Shown here in pieces: positions 25,251 to 36,640 of a stretch of DNA of 64,000 bases (position 1 is its first letter; every line of letters begins with the position of its first letter). The stretch covers positions 9,734,001-9,798,000 of the forward strand of contig JBHGNT010000015.1 of the NCBI GenBank assembly GCA_043228905.1, in the 5' to 3' direction. Source of the DNA: Azolla caroliniana (taxonomy: Eukaryota; Plantae; Polypodiophyta). Below the pieces are notes generated by a model. The model was not told the origin of the DNA. It searched no databases and saw only the letters and a program-made list of their open reading frames with translations. The translations under genes and the position numbers were made by a program.

Positions 25251-28200
25251 CGTCTCGCTCACTCCTTCCTTCTCTCGAAGAAGTTCTACACCTCTCATAG
25301 TACTAATCCTTCGTTTAGTACTAATTCCTTCTCTGTCTCAGTACTGTTCCTGACACGGGGTAAGCCTCGACAATATAGGGATCACCGGCGTTACGACAAA
25401 AGCTCGGGGGATGAGAGGCACCAGGAACAATGACGGGACCAACAGCAGCCACCGCGTACGTTCAGAGAAACAAAGGCCGGACCGCGAAGAGCAAGTAGCG
25501 CCCGGAGAGCGGCACACTCCACCTGGGGCTGAGAAGGGAGAATCAAGCATCCATTGTTTTATTTGTCAGCAACCCGGACACTATGCCACGCAATGCCCAG
25601 CACACAAGGGAAAGGGGCCCGCCGTCAACACGATTACGGCAGAGGTGCAACAAGTCACAACACGCCTGCAAACGAAAACGGCGTATTGGGCTGCGTAGGA
25701 CGAGGTACAACGACAAGCCCAAGCCTGGGTGGAAAAAGCAAACACGACCAATACGGAACGTATGAGGCAGGAGTCCGCGAACACAATGGAGCGAACAGAG
25801 AACGAAAAACCGGGGCCGGACCCCATTTGGCAGGTGTTAACAGGCTGTGAAATCACGTTAACTATGGAAAAACTGCTACAGCTAGTTCCACGTTTCCACC
25901 AGACCATGGAAGCACAGGTGGCGGGCATGGCCGGGGCGAGCGTTGCCACAAACCTGACAGACGTCAGCGAAAGACCACCAGTGGTGGATCAGCACAACCC
26001 GTCCATTACTGTAATATTGCACGGATAGGAAGTTCTTGGATGCGTAATCGACGGTGGCTCAGGCGTCAATGTGATTAGCCCGAAAACTTGCGAATAGTTG
26101 GGCATTTCTGAATGGGAGGCGTGTCCATTCTAGCTTCGCATGGTATATACCCGATTAGTGCGACCGTTGGGGCTAATTCGCAAAATAGGCATCATCGTGG
26201 GCGGACACCGCTTCGACATATCGACGGTCGTCCTCGCTTTGGACACCCCAGGAGCGTACCCAGTGCTTCTGGGGAGACCATGGCTTCGAACAACAAATAT
26301 CAAGCAGAGCTGGCAACACGGGTGTATCAGTTTTCGGCATGGACGCACCAAGGTTCGTGTACCTACGGAAGGCAACATGCCACAACCTAAGGGTATAACA
26401 CCGTTATATGCGGAAGACATCAATATGTTGGCTGGGGTGGAGGATGCCGAATTGGAAGCGTACCTTGATGCACATCCTCGGATTATTGCGTTGTTCGAAA
26501 TAGATGTCATCGCAACTGTGGCAGAATATACTATGACCATTGTTCCGAATGAAAAGCCGTACGAACCAAACCTAGTGTCCATATTGGAACTCAGCAAAGC
26601 AGGAGCGGCCTTCGAAAGGGAAATGGAGATTTCACGACGAGTCACCGCTTCCGCTCTCAATGAAGTGAATGTGGGTACGGGATCGGAACCCCGGTTCCTC
26701 TCCATAGCAAAGGAATTGAGGCCGGACCAGAGAATCACAATGATCGCACTACTCACGGAATATAAAGATGTGTTCGCGTGGGCTCACGAGGACATGAAGG
26801 GGTTAGATCCCAAGTTCTATCAGCATAAGATCAATTTAGCAACAGACGCGAAACCTGTCCAGCAGCGCCGCTACTGCATGAACCCCAATTACGCGACCCG
26901 CGCGAAAGAAGAAATTGACAAGCTGCTGAGGGCGGGGTTCATATGGCCAGTTAAACAAGCAACATGGCTTAGCCCGATAGTGGTTGTCCCAAAGAAAAAC
27001 GGCAAAATACGGGTATGCGTGGATTACCGACAATTAAACGTCGTAACCATTACGGACGCATTTCCCTTACCCTTCACCGATAGCGTGCTAGACGTCGTCG
27101 CAGGCCATGAGATGTACAGTTTCTTAGATGGCTTCAGTGGCTATAACCAAGTACGCATGCACCCCGAGGACCAGGAGAAGACAACATTTGTCACAGACTG
27201 GGGAGTATATGTGACAGTCGTCATGATGTTCGGGCTAAAGACGGCGCCGACAACATTTCAACGAACAATTACGGAGATCTTTGGGGAATACATTCTGACG
27301 TTCATGCAAGTCTTCTTAGACGATTTTGCGGTATATGGGCGGACAAAAGACCATTTCTCGCACTTACGTCTGTGCCTGGAACGTTGCCGCACTACACGCT
27401 TAAGCCTGAATCCCGCGAAATGTGCCTTCGGCGTGACCAGCGGGACTCTCCTAGGCCACATTGTCAGCAAAGAAGGAATAGCGGTCGACCCAAACAAGAT
27501 CTCCGCTATTACGCAAGCTAAAACTCCGACAAATGCCAAATCACTTAGCCGATTTCTGGGCCAAATACGGTGGCATAGCCGGATGATACGATATCTGGCG
27601 GATTTCGCCACGCCACTACACGTTGCTGTACATCGGACTCCTTTCCAATGGACTATAACAGAGGATAAGGCCTATGAGGCACTTAAGATAATGCTCACAC
27701 AGGCCCCCGTCGTACAACCTCCAGTTTGGGCAAAGCCATTCCACATGTTCGTCGACGCCTCGGACATAGCAATAGGAAGCACGCTAATGCAACTCACCGA
27801 ACCAAACTAGTACAGGCCAGTATACTACGCAAGTCGTAAATTGTTAGCAATAGAGCGTAACTATTCCACAACAGAGCGGGAGGCGCTAGGGATGATCTAT
27901 AGCATCAATAAATTCCGACATTATTTACTAGGACGGAAATTCACGTTCCACGTGGATCATTCGGCATTATTGTATTTGGTGGAGAAACAAGCCTTGACAG
28001 GGAAATTGGCGCAGTGGATGCTGCTACTCCAGGAATTCGAGTTCGTAATTCAGCACCCGCCAGGGACGCAACACGTAGTGGCGGATTTTTTGAGCAAACT
28101 TGAGAATGGAGAAACAATACAGAAAGACGACGACGATTTTTCGGACGCCGACATCTGGCGAGTAGCGACATTTGCAGAAAAAACGGAATCCACCTTTCCG

Positions 28201-29334
28201 GATCAATGGCTTATGGAAATGTCGTACTTTTTAACTACAGCACTACGTCCACCATAATTACGGATAGACGAGAAGAAACGACTAGCCATCCGAATCCGTC
28301 ACTTCTGCCTGGTCGAAGGGAATTTATATCACAAAGGAAGTGATGGCATTTGACGGCGTGGAGTCTGTCAGGATGAAAAAGAAGCAGTTTTACGGGAGGC
28401 ACATTGCGGCACAGCTGGCGGCCATTACGCGGGCAACGTGGCAGCCCGCAAAGTATGGCATGCGGGCTTATGGTGGCCAACAACGCAGAAGGATGCATCC
28501 GAGTATTGTAGAAAGTGTGATTTGTGCCAGCGGATGGGTCAGCCTGCGAAGGACGCAAGGATGCCACACCAGCCCGTATTACCGCTGGACCCCTTCCAAA
28601 AGTGGGGATTGGATTTTGTGGGGCCCTTCACACCAGCAGCGGCCCATACGAGCAACAAATACATATTGGTAGCCACGGATTACTGTACCAAATGGGTAGA
28701 AGCAAAGGCACTACGGGAAAATACAGCAACCGTCACAACCAAATTTTTGTACGAGGACATCTGGTGCCGGTTCGGCTGCCCAATTGAGCTCATCAGTGAC
28801 CAGGGGAGCCACTTCCTCAATACGGTAGTTCGGGAACTAACACAGCATTACACAGTAGTCCACAAGAAGAGCACGCCATACTACCCATAGGCGAATGGAT
28901 TAGCGGAATCCACGAACAAAACTTTACAGACCATTTTGAAGAAAACCGTCAATGAAAATAAAACGGATTGGGATACCAAACTCCAGAGTGCGTTATGGGC
29001 GTACAGAACTAGTTACAAAACGATCATACAGTGAACACCATTCCGGCTAGCGTTTGGACTAGAGGCTGTGATGCCGGTCGAATTTCGGGTACCTAGTTTG
29101 CGCATTCAGGTACGGAACCGATTATCAGAAGCCAAGTCGGAGGAGGAACGGCTCTACCAACTCCTCGAAGTAGGGGAAAAACGCGTCCACAGCATGGTTG
29201 TGTTGGAAGAGGAACAACGACGGCATAAAGCGTTTGTCGATCGACATTGGAGCGCAAGGGAAAAGGAGTTCGCCGTGGGCCGAGCGGTGCTAGTTTTTCA
29301 AACGCGCATGGGCCAGATGCCGGGGAAGCTACGT

Positions 29335-29999
29335 TGTCGCGAAGATGCGCGTGCGAGCGTGCTTCACTTGAGCGGGACCACCAGGGTCTTGGACCAAGGA
29401 GGATGTCCGTCAAGGTATTGAGAAGAAGACGATGTGAATGTAAGATTGGAGGAAGACCTATTAGACTTGAGAAGATTGAAGATTGTACACTTGAGAAGTA
29501 GATAAATAATTACAAGATAGATGCGAAGAAGAAGAAATAGAAGCTTATATTATTGATGGTGATGATGATGGTCATATCATATTGAGCTCCCCCCCTTTAC
29601 ACAAGCCGTACTAGGGGTTTTATAGGTTTGTCCATGCACAAAACCATGGGCTTGGAGCCATGGTTTCAGTGCACACAGTTTTGCTTTGTGACATGCAGAA
29701 AACCATGGGCTTAAAACCATGGTTTTGTGCACACGGTTTTGTATGTTTGTTTCTTATGGAATATTGAATATGAGAAAGAAATATAGAATATCTAAAGCAC
29801 TTAGTAGTAGCTTTAGTGGTAAGGTAATTACCTCTTATCTTTGAGGTGCAAGGTTCAAATCTTACTTGCAACCCTCTACATGCACTCAATGCCATTGTGA
29901 CCTAGGTTTATTTATTTTCATTTTTACAAGTATTCGTGAAATGTGTGTGGATCCTCAATTTTTGACTTTTTGTCGCACTAGACACGCCACATCACGACA
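29335..29999 (-). mobile_element. Solo LTR (665 bp) inserted in the integrase C-terminus of element 2
   Basis: TGTCG...CGACA termini; 4-bp TSD ACGT (29331-29334, 30000-30003). Removing it restores GKLRFH*TGPYWI. TATA box on the - strand at ~29620. Confidence 0.9.
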
Positions 30000-30332
30000 A
30001 CGTTTCCACTGAACCGGCCCATACTGGATAATTGGAGCCGAACAAGGCACGTTCCAACTAGGAACGCTGGCCGGAGAAATAGTACGGCAGAAAGTGAATG
30101 GGTTTCGGCTCAAACCTTACCTGGGCCCTACGCCACCTAACCCATTCACCGCCAAACGGGACAAAGCCGGAGAACCCGCAGCATAAAATGGACAGTCCCA
30201 TTTGTACTATAATGTAAAAATAGGTTGTAAATAACCGTTACGAAAAAAGAAGAAAAAAGAAGAGAAGATTGCGACTATTAAAACGACTAAAGGCATGCAC
30301 AAACTCCTAGTTCAAGAACACGCGGCACCACG

Positions 30333-33048
30333 ATGGCTCACCGCCCAATGAACCCTAAGCCACAAAAAGAAGGAAACAAAAGATTTTCTACACAAAGCAG
30401 AAACCCATCGTCTAGCTGTCAGCGCTCCCATCGCTCCTCCTCACCTTCTTCCCCATCCTATCTCAGAGCTCCAACTCACCACTACTACTCGTCTCCTCTC
30501 CACGAACCTACTCTGGCGATGCCGATCTTCATCTCTACTGCCCTACGCCGATGGCTCGTGGAGAAGCGCTTGGATGGTTACATTCGGGTCGCAAAAGCAC
30601 CTCCACACCCGGACGCCATGGACATCGCCAGGCGGCTCAACATTGACACGGTCACCAACTCTTCCATTCCGAAGAAGTTAGACTTGTCCTCACTAGGCGA
30701 AAGACATTTCGAAATACCTCCTGCAGAGGCGCTGCAACGGTATTTTGGCCCATATTCATCCTCTGCCAAGGCCTATAGAACAAAACAGATTCTGGATCCC
30801 TTCTTCCGTGAAGTTGCCAAGTTCCTACTGGAAATCGGTTGCGTCCATGTCAACGCATACGGGATGCCTAAGCAGAAGGCGGGCATCATTATTGACACCT
30901 TTGAAGGGTGTACAGTCGATTGGGGGGTCATCACAGGGCCGGCATTAAGGGAAGTCTTGCATGCGTACCAAGCAGGGAAAAAGCTCAGGCCAATCATCCA
31001 ACAATACCTTACGGTACTGTTTCCACCCCGAGGCCTGCCAGCACCGTAGCCCAGCCAACCCACGGCCCCGCCCCGCTCCGTGAAACGCAGGTTAGCGGAG
31101 TTAGCGGCCCTAGAGTGGGAGGAGGAACCCCAACCAGCCCAACCAGGCCCAAGGACAACACCTCCGCCTGACCAGCCGGACACACGGGCGACGCAGGAGG
31201 AACAACCGAGACGCCCCATGGAAGCAGCCCTAGAACCAAACACCGAAGCACAACGGGAAAGCCCTAGACCAAAATGGCGCAGATTGGACAGGAAAGATGG
31301 GCGGGGGTTGGTAAAAAACGGCCCCACGGCTCCGGAGGCAACGACCGAAGGCGAAGGCTCCGCAACAGCAGAGCCGAATACCACCTTCGAAATCATCCGA
31401 GAGCCGCGACCAATTATTACAACTCAGTCCCAACGAGGGAAAGCCGTATTGACGGCGGAAAGCAAGGTTTTGACATATCCAGATATTCCGGATACGGCCC
31501 ACAAATTCAGCGCCCTCTTGCAGTTCAGTACCTCTTTCGAGCTCATGGCAACACAACAGGTTAAAGCCGCCCAACGAATGGCCGAGGAGCATGCAGAACG
31601 TTAGATGATAGAGTGCACCCTAACACAAACAACGGAGAGCGACGATGAGGACCGGCTAGCCAGAGTCGGCAGACAGAGGAACGCCGGGGTACGGCGAGTA
31701 GGGATGGAGATACAACCCTTAAACACGGCCCTAGTCGAAGTCCATCAGGAACTGTCAAAGGTCAGCACGGGCGCCAAGGAGATGGCCATAAAAAATAAGA
31801 ATGTCTGGAAGAAGGTTAAACTGACCGAAGCCAAACTACAAAAGGCCAACGCACGCATCGCGGAGTTGGAAGCTCACGCGACTACGGCGCAACACGAACC
31901 ACGTTATCAACACTCTCAAAGAAGAAATCGAGGCTCAGACCGCCATCACCTCAAAAGCAAAAAGGGTCGTGCAGCTAGCGGAATCCAAAATTGACCGTCT
32001 TCGAGCAAAATTACGCCAATCCTCCGACAAAGAAAAGGAGATACGGGCTAACAGACGAAAGGCCGTAAAAACTCTTGAAGAGAAACTAGCTACGGAGGTA
32101 GCCCAGCACTTCCGGACAAAAGACGACAACGCCCAATTACGAGAGGACGCGAAGAAATCAGAGGCATCAATAGCGGGACTTCGGGCCTTATTAGAAAAAA
32201 AGAAGATATGGTTCGATGAGCAGTTGGTGGTCGAACAAGACAGAAGGCATCAACTCGAAATCCGCCTAAACAATGAAATGGGGAAATTAGAAGAACACCA
32301 TGCAAAGGAATCTCAGTTGTGGGTGGGCCTGAAGGCCACGTATGAGGAAGCGACAACCGTTAAACAGCAGGAAATCGCAAATCTCCAGAAATCGATGGAA
32401 GATGCACGCAACCGCTGCTAGGCCATCACGGATAACGTGCGCATCCTTCTCCAAACCAACCGGGAAAGGTTCACAGCGCAATTGAAAACGGCGATGGACA
32501 AACGATGGATGGCATGGGCAACCCAAGCAGCGGAATTCCACGCGTATCGTGTGGACTGGGAGAACCGGTGGAAAGATGGCCGAGGGTTTTATAAGCTAAA
32601 CGAGGAGAGCATTGCGACCGTACGGGAGGACCTAGCGCAAGACTATCGCGCGTTAGCAGACCAACACTCCGAAGAACTTGCACAACTCCTAGATGATTTT
32701 GGTGAGAGTCAGGAGGAGCTATTTCACCAGATCACACAAACCGGCAACACGCACACAAACGAGGAACCTAGCGGGACACCAATTCCGGTCACAACCGAAG
32801 AAGAGGAATCTCAAGCCCGATCACCAAGGATGACAACAGGGGAGAATAGCGGGGACGAACAAGCGGAGTTCCCCACAGGACCAGACAACGAAACCATTAA
32901 CCAACAAGAGGTCCAGCGGCACCAGCCCACACCATCTTCAGAAACCATGGAAAATAGTGCGGACCAGGCGGAATCCCTGCCCTACGCCCAGGGACACACA
33001 AAAACGGCCAACACCGCGGAGGACGTAACAATAGAGGCTGAGCTGTAG
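30333..33048 (+). pseudogene. Accessory ORF between pol and the 3' LTR of element 2 (globular N-domain, Pro-rich linker, long coiled coil)
   Basis: Consecutive ORFs 30333, 31080, 31605, 31969 and 32437, interrupted by stops and a frameshift; E/K/R/L-rich helical C-half. Confidence 0.7.
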
Positions 33049-33989
33049 CCGACTGCAAGCACGCCAACGGCGGAGCCCAGCCCACTAACTCAAGAAGGGC
33101 CCACCGTACCCGGACCACCCGCACACGACGTAGGCGACTCCGGGAGAAACCAGGCCGACCAAGCATAGGAGCCGCACCACGATGCACCTATGGGCCCTAC
33201 ATCAACTCCGGACGAGGACACCACAACAGAGCCGAACATCTAGGCCATTTTGGAAGAAGATTAACGGGATGGGTTCGACGTGCAAAGGCACTGTCCCACA
33301 GGCGTGCCAGGTGTTGTCCGCCGGAATAGTAACCGACGGCCAAAAGCGTAGGAATAAGAAACTATATAAGCATAACGTATGTAATAGTTCACGCGGGAAG
33401 CGTGAACGGCTATTTAGACCCTACATATATAAAGGGCAGAAAACCTCTTATGGAGGTGCGTGTAAATTTTGGGAAATGTAAAAGAACGCCTGATAATAGA
33501 ATGCTATCTTCTCTGAGTTTTTGTGTATAGTTGCGGCTAATTCAGTGTCTGTGTCTCGGATACGTAAGCGTAGTAGTACGTAAGTGTAACCTGTGATAAG
33601 GATTCGGTTGTAGCCGTATTTCCTTATACGCGAAGGAATTACAAAGGTCGTCTCCTTACGCAGTACGCTTAAGCCCGGTTCATTGTTCCACACCCACCTT
33701 GGGGTCTAGGTCAAAGGACTGACCACGGACCATGTTCCTAAGAAGCAACAGTGAATATGATAGTTATAAGGGTTCTGGACAAACAACTAATAAGAAAAGA
33801 ATGAGAATTCGTAAAGTTGCAGATGAAGTTGCAGATGTCAAGTGGAACTATGTACCGCCTCATTGGTTGTTCCCGCCACCAGCACCATCTTTAGTACAAA
33901 TAACATGATATAATATAGATGACCATTGATATTTTTGTAAGGATAAGTGATGTTGGTGGGATGTTGGTGGAAATCAAGGACATGGCAAG

Positions 33990-35000
33990 CCAAAATTTGG
34001 TGCCAATTAGCGAGATGGCGAGATGGTTGTTGTGGACGTAAGAAGAAATTTCTTCTAAGCGATAAAGATGAGTGTAGATGGTGTGGGGATTGAAGAAGCA
34101 TATTATCATGAGTTGGTGAGGAAATGTTTTACACTAATTTGTTTGTTGTCTGTATGTCAGGATGCTTGATGGAATTCGGTGTCATGAGACGGAGTGAAGA
34201 AGATTTTAGGTTTCATCTTAGGGAGTGCAACAAACAGGATCGTCTTGTCGTTGTTCTCATGTAGTTATTGTCTTTATAGAGTTTATTTATGACAAGAGGA
34301 TGAGTGACGATGGTGTGGGGGTTGAAGCAAATATATGAGGGGATGAGGAAACCTTTTATAATCATTTTGCTATTATTTATACAGGAATTAGCTGGTAATC
34401 AGTGAGATGGTTGATGTGGACTTAAGAAGATTTTTTTTTGGAGGGATAAGGATGAGCGAAGACAGTGTGGGGGGTGACGCAGAATATTATGAGTAGGTAC
34501 AGGAATTTGCTGAAAATGGACAGATGGTTGATGTTGAAAATGAAGCAGATTTTCTATAATGATGAGTGCAGATGGTGTTGGAGGGGAGATGGTGTTGGAG
34601 GGTGAAGCAGATTTTTATGAGTGTCTAAGGAGAGTGATTCATTCTATTTTTTGATGGTGTAGGGGTTGAAGCATACTTTTATGAGGGGAGAAGGAGAGCA
34701 TACTGGATGTTGGTCATCGCGTCTTCGAATCTCAAGGACCTTGGTAGTAAAAGATGACATTGTTGATGGAAGATGAAGCACATTATCTATTTCTGACAAG
34801 GATGAGGGACAATGGTGTCGGGGGAAGAAGCATAATTTAATAAGGGGATCCGAAGAGTAGTGTCATTCTGTTTTTTGTATGTACAGGGCGTTGGTGGTCT
34901 ACGACGAGAGGTGGTTGATGTGGACTCTTTGTTTGATAATGATGAGTCGTGAGGTTGTCAAGGGCTGAAGCATACTTCACGATGCGAGAGTAGACTCAAT
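33990..35000. repeat. Degenerate tandem repeat array (~7 copies of a GATGAGTG..GATGGTGTGGGG..TGAAGCA..TATGAG core)
   Basis: Core seen near 34068, 34300, 34451, 34561, 34654, 34801 and 34941. Confidence 0.7.
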
Positions 35001-35589
35001 TTCTTTTTCGTTTTATGAGTGTTAATGGCGTGGACTTGGAAGGATTTTCTTGAGGGTCGACAACAGTACATGCTTTGAAGCTTGCAGATTTTTAATGATA
35101 TCATCACCCTTACGGATTTATAAAGTTGGTTGTTTTGTAGGCATTTTTGTTGGGGAAAGTTGATGGCTAATGTGGAAAAATGAAGTTCGAAAAAGCTAGA
35201 TACTTCTCTGAGATGTTGTTTATAGGTTGAGTATGGACTTCATTACATGCATAACCAAATGCAACATGAATTTTTCAAACTACCAGCCAGGGTGGAAGTC
35301 GTTGTTAAAGTGATCACATTACCGGATTGATAAAGCCGGTTGTTTTTGACATCATCGCATCTTTCAAATCATTGACACTGAAGGACAATCGTCAAGGAAC
35401 AAATCCAGACCTGGCATATATGATTGGGAAGACAGAGGACATGGAATATCATGTGAAAGACAAGTTTTCTATTATTATGTGGCTCATTTGGTGATATTGA
35501 CACCTCCTCTCCTTCAAAGATGCTTGTGATGGATGTAGGATTGCTTGCCTAATCAGAAGTTGATGCTTTCAGGCAAGGCAGTGACATAG

Positions 35590-36640
35590 GGAATTGAGAG
35601 TGAATGGACTCTAAAGTGGGGAATGGATGGTTGCTTTTTCGAGCTGTTTAAAAATGAAGAATTTACTCATGAATGGGGCCATGACGACACGCTTACATGG
35701 TATGTTGATGTTGCAGGTCGTGTCTCAAGACTAGAGCTTGATGAGGGTGAGGTGTATGTGCTATCCACATGGATTAGGATTGGGTTTTGGGCAACTTAAG
35801 AAGCCCAAAAGTATTTAGAAATTCAACAGGAAAGTTCTGGTTCTGGACTTGTGTTTCATGCTCCTGATAAAGAACTCTTGTTCTCAGTCAAATTGAAGAA
35901 AAAATAGGTAGTTGCCTATGTTATCATTGATAAGGCCACATGCTTACCACTACGGGTTTCGATTCAAAAGTTATCTTTTAGAGATTGATGGAAGTTATCT
36001 AACTGGCAATGTGTCTTGATGCGATATACAAAAAGTGGTCATTACATGGTCCGTCCTATAGTTGATGGTAAAGAGGCTAGGTGTTTCATTATTGATATTG
36101 GGATAGGTTGTCTTGCGATCAAGAAGAAAAAAGCGATGCAACTAGGCATGCATGGTTTTGGGGAAGTATATGCAACTAGTATTTCTGGTTGTGGTGTGAT
36201 GACAAAATAACAAACCCAATATTCAGGGAGATTAACATTGACAAACTATTGAAGGAGGTGGATGGATTATGTGGTTTTGATTTGTTCTATGGCTGTGTCA
36301 TCAAGATGTCTCCAAAACATCGCACATTTTCAATATATGATCCCATGGAATATAAATCAATGGCAGTGGCGAAGAAGCTAAAATGGTAGAGAATGTTTCT
36401 ATTTGACAATGTCCCACGTGTTCTAGCAAAGGTGAATCGAAAAGAGGTGAAGCTCATGGTGGACTCGGGGGTAGCAGGGGCTAGCTTGATGTTTCCAAGC
36501 AATTGTGTGCAAGGTTTGGATGATCCTAAAGTAGATACACCGATATTCCGTGGGCGACGTATGATGGTATCATAGGCCGATTATGGAAATGTGGGAAAGT
36601 TTGAGATTGGTGGTCACTTCTTTCTAAGGGTTCTGATTCG
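35590..36640 (+). pseudogene. Intronless pseudogene of a protein with two retropepsin-like aspartyl-protease domains
   Basis: KSGHYMVRPIVDGKEARCFIIDIG (degenerate DTG) and KEVKLMVDSGVAG; upstream frame EWGHDDTLTWYVDVAG..LELDEGE..WIRIGFW; many stops. Confidence 0.6.

Larger units (their letters stand above)
19736..25355 (+). mobile_element. Tcn1-type chromovirus element B, nearly intact
   Basis: LTRs 19736-20173 and 24960-25355; perfect TSD CGGGG; PPT AAAGGGGGGA. gag 20247-21383; pol in the -1 frame to 24967 (LLDSGA, YLDD, chromodomain). Confidence 0.97.
18073..33750 (+). mobile_element. Full-length non-chromovirus gypsy (Phygy-like) element 2: 439-bp LTRs, single-frame gag-pol, 3' accessory ORF
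   Basis: LTRs 18073-18511 and 33312-33750 (TGTTG...CAACA); perfect TSD GTGAA. RT (KIRVCVDYRQLN, SFLDGFSGYNQV, VFLDDF), RH, INT HHCC and three CCHC knuckles are present; several in-frame stops. Confidence 0.95.
16304..33890 (+). mobile_element. 5'-truncated L1/Tx1-type LINE ORF2 C-terminus (16304-18072 + 33751-~33890)
   Basis: LSLAGRIVVANSVLLSSIWY, KVTW..P..KGGLG and a zf-RVT-like motif CVMCG...LHHVFWEC; the frame continues across the gypsy insertion (HTVKGE|YDSY). Confidence 0.85.

Noticed and set aside
30333-33048. env gene
   Set aside because: No signal peptide or transmembrane segment visible.
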